Below, in pieces: positions 8,784-15,946 of a stretch of 20,000 nt of DNA. The notes under the pieces are model-generated. The model saw only the letters and a program-made list of their open reading frames with translations, searched no databases and was not told where the DNA came from. The stretch's first letter is position 1, and each line of letters starts with the position of its first letter. Source of the stretch: an uncultured virus (IMG/VR IMGVR_UViG_3300008117_000469) (lineage: Duplodnaviria > Heunggongvirae > Uroviricota > Caudoviricetes). The DNA is taken from IMG/VR virus record IMGVR_UViG_3300008117_000469; one strand, written 5' to 3'. A program made the position numbers and the translations under genes.

Positions 8784-8799
8784 TGTAAAGTTATTTTGT

Positions 8800-8808
8800 T
8801 ATAAATAT
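8800..8808 (-). promoter_or_regulatory. Putative late promoter ATATTTATA
   Basis: Overlaps the upstream TGA, 16 nt before the ATG at 8783. Confidence 0.65.
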
Positions 8809-9338
8809 CACAAAGAAAGGGCAGATTTCACCTGTGCAATACGTTCTTCTGTAGAACCTTTAATATGTATTAAATTTTTAATTCTATGTTTATTAAAATC
8901 TAATTGGAATTTAATAATAGAGTCAATTGTTTCTCTGTATTGTAAATCTGTTTCACGAACTCCATTATCTTCCATATCAACTCCTTCAGGAGAAACATAA
9001 AATAAATAATCATATTCATGGAGCATAGTTTTAGCAAACTCACAAAACTTTTCAGCATCATAATAATTCATTGATTTTGATGCTTTAGCAAATGCCATTA
9101 CATCAATAATAGTACGATCTGTAATGATGTTTTCTTGCATTAATTCGCTTGCTCGTTCTGCTAAGAATACAGCTTGACCTTTAGTAGTTGAATCAGTGTT
9201 CAATGGAATACCTAATTCCATTAAATACTTTGAACGTTCTGTTCTAAATGTATAATTTTCAAATTCAGGTAATTCTTTCAACGCATTAACTAACGTTGTT
9301 TTACCTACTGACATTGTTCCGCAAAAACCTATTTTCAT
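8808..9338 (-). CDS. NadR/Ttd14-like (AAA_28) P-loop kinase/ATPase
   Basis: N-terminal Walker A GTMSVGKTT, ITDRTIID motif, YDYLFYVSP, EDNGVRE and GSTEERI. Confidence 0.8.
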   Translation of the reverse strand: MKIGFCGTMSVGKTTLVNALKELPEFENYTFRTERSKYLMELGIPLNTDSTTKGQAVFLAERASELMQENIITDRTIIDVMAFAKASKSMNYYDAEKFCEFAKTMLHEYDYLFYVSPEGVDMEDNGVRETDLQYRETIDSIIKFQLDFNKHRIKNLIHIKGSTEERIAQVKSALSL

Positions 9339-9718
9339 AATTGTGCTGATCCTGGTAATACTCTATAACTATCTTCTTCAAAATGTTTGGTTGATACTTC
9401 AAAAATTGTAGCTCCTTCTGTGAGTGCTTGTAATTGATGAGGTTGACCACGTTCTAAATCTACAACATCTCCTTCAACAATCCTAACTGATTTAATTTTA
9501 GTTGTTTCTGTATCGATCCATCTGTATTCAAATTCTCCTTTAGCAACATACCATGATTCTTCTTTAATTAAATGGTAGTGCATTGAAAATTTTTTATCTT
9601 TTTCAAATACGAGAAGTTTACCACAATAAGCATCGTGGTTTATGATCCAAAGCTCGTGACCCCATACTTTTTCATATCTATCTCCTTTACGAGGAATTGG
9701 TTCGTATTTGTGTCCCAT
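9335..9718 (-). CDS. Cupin-fold protein (sugar isomerase-like)
   Basis: KVWGHE, metal motif SMHYHLIKEESWYV, second motif GQPHQL and FEVST. Confidence 0.85.
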   Translation of the reverse strand: MGHKYEPIPRKGDRYEKVWGHELWIINHDAYCGKLLVFEKDKKFSMHYHLIKEESWYVAKGEFEYRWIDTETTKIKSVRIVEGDVVDLERGQPHQLQALTEGATIFEVSTKHFEEDSYRVLPGSAQL

Positions 9719-9719
9719 A

Positions 9720-9980
9720 TTAAAATCTATTTGTTTGTCCTTTCAATCCAGGGTTTTTATACCAAGGTAATCCTTCTCTTTCTTTGCGAGCTTGTTTCCA
9801 CTCTTCTTCTGTTTTTTTAATACCATTAAGGTAATATTCACGTTTACGATTTTCACCTTCAGGAATTAATGCTGGTCCATCCCAGTTATGAAGTTTGTTG
9901 TCGAAAACATACGCGATTGTACCATCAGCTTTTGTAAGCTTTTTAGATGGTGTGTACTTGTGGTTTGATTTTTGTTCCAT
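9720..9980 (-). CDS. Small hypothetical protein with an LHxxDGPA motif
   Basis: Likely start is the ATG at 9980 (MEQKSNHK), immediately after the oxidoreductase stop. Contains KLHNWDGPALIPEG...EYYLNG. Confidence 0.7.
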   Translation of the reverse strand: MEQKSNHKYTPSKKLTKADGTIAYVFDNKLHNWDGPALIPEGENRKREYYLNGIKKTEEEWKQARKEREGLPWYKNPGLKGQTNRF

Positions 9981-9981
9981 A

Positions 9982-11355
9982 TTAAAATAAATCTCCGGTT
10001 CCTTGATCGTAAAGATACACATGCTTTTTATATTCTCCAAGCACAGATTCAGCAACATAAATTGCTTGTGCTCCTGATACTGTAATACCTCGTGCTGATA
10101 AAGCATCTCCTACAAAGTGTACATTGGGGTAATCTACTAATGCTAGATTTTTATAATCTACTTTTACCTCAGGTGAAAGATATTTTACTTCAGGAATATA
10201 CATACCCCAATCATCTTGTAATGTTGGAAATACTTTTTTCATATCCATAATAAAATCCATCACATATTTAAAATAACCACCCATTGCCGGTTCTACAACG
10301 TGAGCAAGTGTATCTAAACTAATTTGAGTTGAAGTTACATCATTACCTTCAGATGTTGTTGATGGTTTACGAGATGGACTATAATACAAACCAGTTCCGT
10401 TTGATTGTAATTTATTTACTACTTCACGTGACCAAGTAAATGGATCTTCAATACCATTAATTTCCATCAAAATACCAAAGTTAGTCATGTTGTTTCGATA
10501 CGCTTCGTCTTTTTTAGCGTGACCATTGTAACTGTGATCTCCATATGTTTCTTCCACAGCAACATAAGCGGCATTATTGTTTGTACAGAATGAACGTAAT
10601 GATACTCCTTCATCATCAAATTTTCTATATAACTTAAAGTCATACGAAATATCGATTAGTTTTTGGAAGTGTTCTTGTGGTGCTTCAAATCGAACACCAA
10701 TTTGAACTGATTTAGGTTCGTCTGGGAGTTCATATTTGTTAGCTAATTCTTGAGCGAAATCAATACCTGATTTACCTACACCAAAGATAAGTTCATCATA
10801 AAACATTCCATCATTATCCATATTTGCGAATTCAGGTTTAACTGATTTCATGATAATTTCATTGTGTCTAAAATTAATATTAGATACTTTAGTTTCCCAA
10901 TAAAATTGTACACCTTTAGACACTAAATAATCATACCAATTTTTAGCAATTTCAGATAAATAATCTGTACCTACGTGCCACACTGGAAATAAACGTAAAC
11001 CGAAATATGGTTTAATAAATTCAGGTTCCTCAACAGGATTTGAACATTGTACTTCTTCAGGTTTAGGGTGAAAACGTTTGAAATTGGTAATTACTTGATC
11101 CATCAATTCCATTGCTTTTTCTTCACCACAATACTTAGACAATTGTCCTCCAATTGCTGTGTGATAAGTCAATTTACCGTCTGACCAACCTCCAGCACCT
11201 AGGAAACCTGTCATTACTTCTTCAGGTTTACGTTGATATGGATCTTTACCCATATCAATTACTGTGATCATTTCACCAGGATAACCATTATCAACGAGCT
11301 TTGTTGCTGCGTTTACACCTGCTACTCCTGCTCCAACAATTACTATTTTCTTCAT
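9982..11355 (-). CDS. FAD-dependent oxidoreductase (COG2509-like uncharacterised dehydrogenase)
   Basis: Rossmann motif IVIVGAGVAG, GAGGWSDGKL, IGVRFE, RSFCTN, YNGHA, PEVKYLS and C-terminal FVGD..ARGIT. Confidence 0.85.
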   Translation of the reverse strand: MKKIVIVGAGVAGVNAATKLVDNGYPGEMITVIDMGKDPYQRKPEEVMTGFLGAGGWSDGKLTYHTAIGGQLSKYCGEEKAMELMDQVITNFKRFHPKPEEVQCSNPVEEPEFIKPYFGLRLFPVWHVGTDYLSEIAKNWYDYLVSKGVQFYWETKVSNINFRHNEIIMKSVKPEFANMDNDGMFYDELIFGVGKSGIDFAQELANKYELPDEPKSVQIGVRFEAPQEHFQKLIDISYDFKLYRKFDDEGVSLRSFCTNNNAAYVAVEETYGDHSYNGHAKKDEAYRNNMTNFGILMEINGIEDPFTWSREVVNKLQSNGTGLYYSPSRKPSTTSEGNDVTSTQISLDTLAHVVEPAMGGYFKYVMDFIMDMKKVFPTLQDDWGMYIPEVKYLSPEVKVDYKNLALVDYPNVHFVGDALSARGITVSGAQAIYVAESVLGEYKKHVYLYDQGTGDLF

Positions 11356-11377
11356 ATTATTATCAATGTTTAACTAT

Positions 11378-11409
11378 TAAATATACATAAAAAAAGTGGC
11401 GTCTCCAAA
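11378..11409 (-). promoter_or_regulatory. Bacteroidota-type housekeeping promoter (-33 TTTG, -7 TAnnTTTG-like)
   Basis: TTTG (11409-11406), a 20-nt spacer, then TATATTTA (11385-11378), which ends 22 nt upstream of the oxidoreductase ATG. Confidence 0.55.
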
Positions 11410-11423
11410 TTGGATGACGCCAC
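11389..11423 (-). terminator. Rho-independent terminator
   Basis: 8-bp stem GUGGCGUC/GACGCCAC extended by UCCA/UGGA past a bulge, followed by 7 U. Confidence 0.8.
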
Positions 11424-11467
11424 AGCTGTCAAAATTTTTAAGAAAAGCGACGGGCTATGAATCCGTC
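11421..11467 (-). ncRNA. Candidate H-type pseudoknot RNA overlapping the terminator
   Basis: Hairpin GACGG-AUUCAUAGC-CCGUC whose loop CAUAGC can pair with downstream GCUGUG (6 bp, one U-G). Confidence 0.35.
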
Positions 11468-11473
11468 TATAAA

Positions 11474-11875
11474 TTAAGGATTTACATCCGGACCATTTTG
11501 ATCGAAATAAATACATCCTGCATTGGTACAAGCTGATATAACATCATTTATAGTACCAAGAGTAGTACCTATAGGAACTAAAGGACCAGTTGGTATTGGT
11601 ACTCGCCATAAATTAGTTAATACCGAAGTAGTAGTAAAAGCATATACTCTAATTACTCCAGCTTCAGGACCAGGGGTTACTATTAAACAGTTACCGGCTG
11701 ATGGGTTCGAAGTAAAATTTTTAGATTTAGCTCGATCATTAGCACTTACTGAGTTGAGATTAGTATTATCTATAGCAGTAAGAACAAAACCTGAACCACC
11801 AGGCCAGGGACCTGTAGGGTTAAGAGTTCCAGTTCCGGATACTTGAGATGTTTCGTTCCAAAATGAAAATGGCAT
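11474..11875 (-). CDS. Hypothetical protein, possibly virion-associated
   Basis: 133-aa Gly/Pro/Thr-rich ORF preceded by ATATTTATA and followed by a terminator. Confidence 0.65.
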   Translation of the reverse strand: MPFSFWNETSQVSGTGTLNPTGPWPGGSGFVLTAIDNTNLNSVSANDRAKSKNFTSNPSAGNCLIVTPGPEAGVIRVYAFTTTSVLTNLWRVPIPTGPLVPIGTTLGTINDVISACTNAGCIYFDQNGPDVNP

Positions 11876-11895
11876 GATTTCTTATATTAGTTTAT

Positions 11896-11904
11896 TATAA
11901 ATAT
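11896..11904 (-). promoter_or_regulatory. Putative late promoter ATATTTATA
   Basis: Overlaps the upstream TAA, 20 nt before the ATG at 11875. Confidence 0.65.
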
Positions 11905-12515
11905 TAAGCTGAAAAGAGTCCTGAAATGAATTGTTTTATTTCTCCTCCTTTAATTGCACTTAAAGCTCCTTCTAAAGTAGCTAAAGATAAATTTTTAGCT
12001 TGTAAAGCTTTTACTGCTGTTGCACCTGATGCTATTAGGAAAGTAGCTACAATTACGTGAAAAATACCACTTGCTACTTTTTTAGCTTTAGTAGGATCTT
12101 TAACAAATTTTTTAACAACTGCTTCTAAAGGTGCCATATACAAATGATGTAATTCATCAGCAATGTGACCTAATTTAGTCATCCATTGATTGTAGGCATC
12201 TTGATCTGTTGGTTTTTTACCTAATACTTTATTAACCATAGCACCAGCTGCTTTACCAAATTTAGCAACTAATCCCATAATAGCAGGCAATGCAATAGCA
12301 ATACTTGCTACTGTTAATAAACCTTCGTTTGTTGATTTTGATGCTTTTTCTAATTCAGCATCCATAGTTTTTAATATTGAAGACATTTCGTCTTTTACAT
12401 CATCAACTACTGATTGTTCTTTATCATCTAGATTAATATCAACTTCTTGTAAATTTTTTTCTAATTGACCTTCAGTTAAAAATTTTCTTAAATTAAATGT
12501 ATCTGCTTGTCTCAC
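11904..12515 (-). CDS. Hypothetical protein with FNLRKFLTE leader and hydrophobic helices
   Basis: GTG start overlapping the upstream TGA. Hydrophobic segments LLTVASIAIALPAIMGLVA and IFHVIVATFLIASGATAV. Confidence 0.7.
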   Translation of the reverse strand: MRQADTFNLRKFLTEGQLEKNLQEVDINLDDKEQSVVDDVKDEMSSILKTMDAELEKASKSTNEGLLTVASIAIALPAIMGLVAKFGKAAGAMVNKVLGKKPTDQDAYNQWMTKLGHIADELHHLYMAPLEAVVKKFVKDPTKAKKVASGIFHVIVATFLIASGATAVKALQAKNLSLATLEGALSAIKGGEIKQFISGLFSA

Positions 12516-12772
12516 GATTTGTGTATTTTTAATTTCAATGTTCCTGTTCCTTTAATGACTCTATGCCATTCATGTCTTTGTATAAATATTGGGTCATTCA
12601 TAGAAGTTGGAAGTTGATTATCTAATTGAACTTTCCAATCTGTTTCACCAAGTATTTCAATCGTTCTATTTTCATCATCCCTATGCCATAAAAGTTCTAT
12701 TGGATCTATATTTTCGTTAAATTCACGAATAATATAATCATCAGTAACTTCTATGTCAATATAAGGTTGCAT
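12512..12772 (-). CDS. Small cupin-like phage protein
   Basis: Likely start is the ATG at 12772 in a TAATG overlap. Motifs LLWHRDDENR, WKVQLDNQLP and HEWHRVIKG. Confidence 0.7.
   Translation of the reverse strand: MQPYIDIEVTDDYIIREFNENIDPIELLWHRDDENRTIEILGETDWKVQLDNQLPTSMNDPIFIQRHEWHRVIKGTGTLKLKIHKS
12581..12589 (-). promoter_or_regulatory. Putative late promoter ATATTTATA inside the upstream gene
   Basis: Exact motif 65 nt upstream of the start at 12515, where there is no intergenic space. Confidence 0.45.
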
Positions 12773-12932
12773 TACCCCCAAGGAAGATTTAAAGATACTA
12801 TAGAAGGATTTATTTGTTCATCTAAATTATATTGTAGTATGTACATATCCAATGAACTTTATATACTACATTGTATAACCCATTTTCAGATGTTTTACAT
12901 TCTAATTTTGATATGTTCCAGTTTATTTCCAT
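12772..12932 (-). pseudogene. Internally deleted, frameshifted small fibre-associated phage gene
   Basis: Not in the ORF track. ATG at 12932 reads MEINWNISKLECKTSENGLYNVVYKVHWICT. From about 12840 another frame reads ILQYNLDEQINPSIVSLNLPWG*, and its TAA overlaps the next ATG. Confidence 0.7.
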
Positions 12933-12939
12933 AATATTA

Positions 12940-13734
12940 TTACATTACACCACCACCAATATTACCACCAAAATTTTCCATATTTACAAGCATCGTACCA
13001 TTACTACCAGCAATGTTTTGAGTAAGAGCAGAAGCTCCACCAGCACTTATAGCCATATTAATACCAGCATGTCCTGTTGTTGAAGTACTTCCACTAAAGG
13101 TTATTTGGCGTTGTGTTGCATTAGTATTTCTAATATAAACTCTAACTGATCGTCCTGAAGTTAAGTTACTAACTATTAAACTTCGAGTTGCTGTTAAACT
13201 TGCTACCCACCATACTGATTGGGTTAATGAAGCATCAATTGTTAAGTTAGCATCTGTAGTAACTGAAAATGTATTTGCCGCACTATTGTTCATAATACCG
13301 GCTCTTAATTCATTAGTTGAAGGGTTATAAGTATAGTCTCCATCTGTGTATACTAATTCAGTCCCTGTAGAAGCATTAGCTGAATCTACAAACGTAGGAT
13401 AATAGTTAGCGTTAGTAGCAACGTTAATAGTTTCAAGAGTTTGTGCTCTTGATGCTGTTATAGATCGTGTTGACCAAGATGATGTGCCAAATAAACCATT
13501 TGATGCTGTCATTTGGGAAGCTGTTATAATAGGTACTTGCATTAAACCTGTAGAAGGATTAATAGTAGTATTTCCTACAGTTCCTAATATTTCAGGAGCA
13601 GAAGTTAAGTTATTAGCATCAACAAACACAAAATAATGAGTAGCATTTGTTGTTACTAATTGAGTACTAGCCGAAACCGCTGTTGTAGATTGAGAAGCGG
13701 TAATAGCTACTCCATTAATTGCTGTAATTCCCAT
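12940..13734 (-). CDS. Fibre-like virion protein with two internal repeats
   Basis: Thr/Ser/Ala/Asn-rich. Repeats TNATHYFVFVDANN...TINPST and TNANYYPTFVDSAN...TYNPST, then a C-terminal beta-rich domain. Confidence 0.65.
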   Translation of the reverse strand: MGITAINGVAITASQSTTAVSASTQLVTTNATHYFVFVDANNLTSAPEILGTVGNTTINPSTGLMQVPIITASQMTASNGLFGTSSWSTRSITASRAQTLETINVATNANYYPTFVDSANASTGTELVYTDGDYTYNPSTNELRAGIMNNSAANTFSVTTDANLTIDASLTQSVWWVASLTATRSLIVSNLTSGRSVRVYIRNTNATQRQITFSGSTSTTGHAGINMAISAGGASALTQNIAGSNGTMLVNMENFGGNIGGGVM

Positions 13735-13748
13735 GACTTATAATTTAT

Positions 13749-14378
13749 TTACCAAAAACCTGAAAAATTAGACTTTAATCCTAATAATTTAGCATATCTT
13801 GGTAGTCTACAAGACCAGTATGATGCTTTTGTTTTATCCGTTTTAGCAGGGCAGTTATGTCTTTTAGAAAAAGCTGCTCTTGCTTTTGGGTTATTAATTT
13901 TAGCAGACATTCCTGCCTGTCCAAATGATACTTTTTTAATTTTTTTAGTTTTAGGATTACGAACGTAAACATAAAACTTTTTAGAACCACCACGTTTTGG
14001 TTTTCCAATTGGTGGATCTTTCTTTTTAGGTTTTGCTTTAGCTTCATCTAATTCTTCTTCAATTTCTTCAAAGATAAAATCTAAAGGTACTTTTTGACCT
14101 TCATATAAAGCAAATTCACCTAAATCTGTTTCTAATAAAATACCTAAATCGTCTTCATTAGTTACTTCAATGATACCACGAGAATATAATGCTCTTGCTT
14201 CAGCCCATAAATTAAAATAATTTGATGAACCAGCACGATATACATGCTCAGTAAGCGGTTTTTTATTGTCTATATGGTATTTTAACCCCTCAGACAATAT
14301 CTCACGCGGCGCTACACTTTCATTAAGCATAAGCGCAGGTCTTTTAGTATCACAAGTATTACATCCGCAGCTACACAT
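13749..14378 (-). CDS. Modular protein: Cys-rich N-terminus, acidic middle, basic C-terminal domain (DUF6321-like)
   Basis: MCSCGCNTC; LNE, LSE and LDE sites; C-terminal KKFYVYVRNPKTKKIKKVSFG...FSKRHNC...ASYWSCR. DUF assignment is from recall. Confidence 0.7.
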   Translation of the reverse strand: MCSCGCNTCDTKRPALMLNESVAPREILSEGLKYHIDNKKPLTEHVYRAGSSNYFNLWAEARALYSRGIIEVTNEDDLGILLETDLGEFALYEGQKVPLDFIFEEIEEELDEAKAKPKKKDPPIGKPKRGGSKKFYVYVRNPKTKKIKKVSFGQAGMSAKINNPKARAAFSKRHNCPAKTDKTKASYWSCRLPRYAKLLGLKSNFSGFW

Positions 14379-14382
14379 ATGT

Positions 14383-14391
14383 TATAAATAT
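14383..14391 (-). promoter_or_regulatory. Putative late promoter ATATTTATA
   Basis: Overlaps the upstream TAA and ends 4 nt before the ATG at 14378. Confidence 0.65.
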
Positions 14392-15461
14392 TATATTTCT
14401 AAAGCATTTCGTTTATATGCTTCAGGGTAAGTTCCAAATCTAGCATTTTTTACACCTTCGTTATTTCTATCACTTCTAAAAGTAACATACATATATGGTT
14501 CGTAATCTCCCGAAGGTAAATTAGGATTAATTACTTTATGATTAGCTTCTACTAAGTAAGAATTATCTGAATTATCTAGTTTTAATTCAATAGGACCTTG
14601 TAAAATTACTTGGCAATTGTTAGTTCCATAATCTCCTACTTTTTGATCTAAACCATATACTGCTTTTAATTTAATAGTATTGTCTTTAATTTTTCTTCTA
14701 AAAGACTCACCTGGTTTAAGTTCACCTCCAGTTTTTGCTTTAACAGCATCAACAAATGATTTAACTTCGGGATGATCTGATAAACCTTGGAATCCTGAGT
14801 ATTGTTGGAAGTCTTTTGGTTTGCTTCCATCTTTGTGAGATATAAAAATTACAGGACCCGTTTTATCATTAAAAGTAAAGTCAGCTTTTGGAGTACCATT
14901 TACAGTAACAGCTTCTACTATATCTTTATAAATTTTTCCGTTTTCACTTAATTTGACATCAATCGCTCCTAATTCTTGGATTTTTTTACTAACATCAGAC
15001 AATGCTATATCTTCTACACGAGTTCCAGAACCTTCACCTTTTCCACCAAATTCTTTTGTTTTTAATAAATCACTTATAGAATAGGTTTGTCCATCTTTAT
15101 CTACAAAAAATGGAAAAGCATTAATATTTGTTTTAGATATAGCTTTTAAACCTTCAATATTTGATGTATTAAATAAATCTTTATATTCAGGTTTATTGTA
15201 TAGTAATACAACTTGTTCTCCACTTACTAAATCAAATGGACTTCCACCTTCAATTTTATTATCTATTATTTTTAATCTAGGACCTCCATATTTTTGAAGA
15301 TCATAAAATTTTAAAGGATTAAAACCTTCATCAAGGTCAATACCAAATTCATTTAGTAAAATTGATTCTAATAAAAGAATATCCTGAGTATTGGTTAAAT
15401 CAGGATATCCTTTATCAAATTTGTAAGCAAACTTTTTAAAAAATTTGTCGAATACATTCAT
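14391..15461 (-). CDS. Putative PD-(D/E)XK restriction-endonuclease-fold nuclease with an N-terminal leader domain
   Basis: E-containing helix (TRVEDIAL), TPKADFTF, IFISHKDG and FQQYSG, resembling the KxD...SxK active site of MspI/HinP1I-type enzymes. Confidence 0.6.
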   Translation of the reverse strand: MNVFDKFFKKFAYKFDKGYPDLTNTQDILLLESILLNEFGIDLDEGFNPLKFYDLQKYGGPRLKIIDNKIEGGSPFDLVSGEQVVLLYNKPEYKDLFNTSNIEGLKAISKTNINAFPFFVDKDGQTYSISDLLKTKEFGGKGEGSGTRVEDIALSDVSKKIQELGAIDVKLSENGKIYKDIVEAVTVNGTPKADFTFNDKTGPVIFISHKDGSKPKDFQQYSGFQGLSDHPEVKSFVDAVKAKTGGELKPGESFRRKIKDNTIKLKAVYGLDQKVGDYGTNNCQVILQGPIELKLDNSDNSYLVEANHKVINPNLPSGDYEPYMYVTFRSDRNNEGVKNARFGTYPEAYKRNALEI

Positions 15462-15463
15462 AG

Positions 15464-15946
15464 TTAAGCTGTTGTTTCTTCTTCAGCTGATGCTGTTACT
15501 TCTTCTTCCCCTGTTTCTTCGGCTGGGGCTGCTTCGGTGCCGCCTTCTGCTGAGGTTTCTGTTTTTTGGCCATATGCTAAAATTCTTGAAATTGCTTGGG
15601 CAGCTTGCTCTTCTTCCCCTAGGTTTAACAAATAATACTTTTTGCCTTCAACTTGAGCAATCCAACTTCTATCGGTATAAATTAACATAAAGTTTTCATC
15701 ATTACCAAGTACAATTCGGAAAGTTGTTGGTCGTGGTGCTACCCACTCTATACCTGTCATGAAGACCTCATATTGATCTGTTAGTAGATCTATGATTACT
15801 TCTTTAAGTTTTGGGAATTTAGTTAAAACCGGAAATTTTTCAGCGTCAAGAGTAACTTCACCACCTTTATCTAAATCGATGGTCTTAGCTTTGTACGTTT
15901 GTTGTACAAGAGCTTTAATTTTATCTCTTAATTCGCTTTTTTTCAT
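15464..15946 (-). CDS. Hypothetical protein with MKKSEL leader
   Basis: 160 aa, TAATG coupling to the upstream gene, globular core WVAPRPTTFRIVL...VEGKKYYL and an acidic tail. Confidence 0.75.
   Translation of the reverse strand: MKKSELRDKIKALVQQTYKAKTIDLDKGGEVTLDAEKFPVLTKFPKLKEVIIDLLTDQYEVFMTGIEWVAPRPTTFRIVLGNDENFMLIYTDRSWIAQVEGKKYYLLNLGEEEQAAQAISRILAYGQKTETSAEGGTEAAPAEETGEEEVTASAEEETTA

Noticed and set aside
9981..10106. N-terminal extension of the 9720 ORF
   Set aside because: Overlaps the oxidoreductase 3' end. The ATG at 9980 directly after its stop is more plausible.
11396..11467. Pistol ribozyme or preQ1-I riboswitch assignment
   Set aside because: The pseudoknot followed by GCG is superficially pistol-like, but the AAA after P1, the P2 helix and the GU cleavage site are missing. 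The loop and 3' tail do not fit preQ1-I well.
3769..12830. Stop-codon reassignment as an explanation for the broken genes
   Set aside because: The TGA at 3772 is followed immediately by TAA, and the TAG near 12822 is followed by TAA four codons later. Both breaks need a frame change. Long genes are intact under the standard code.
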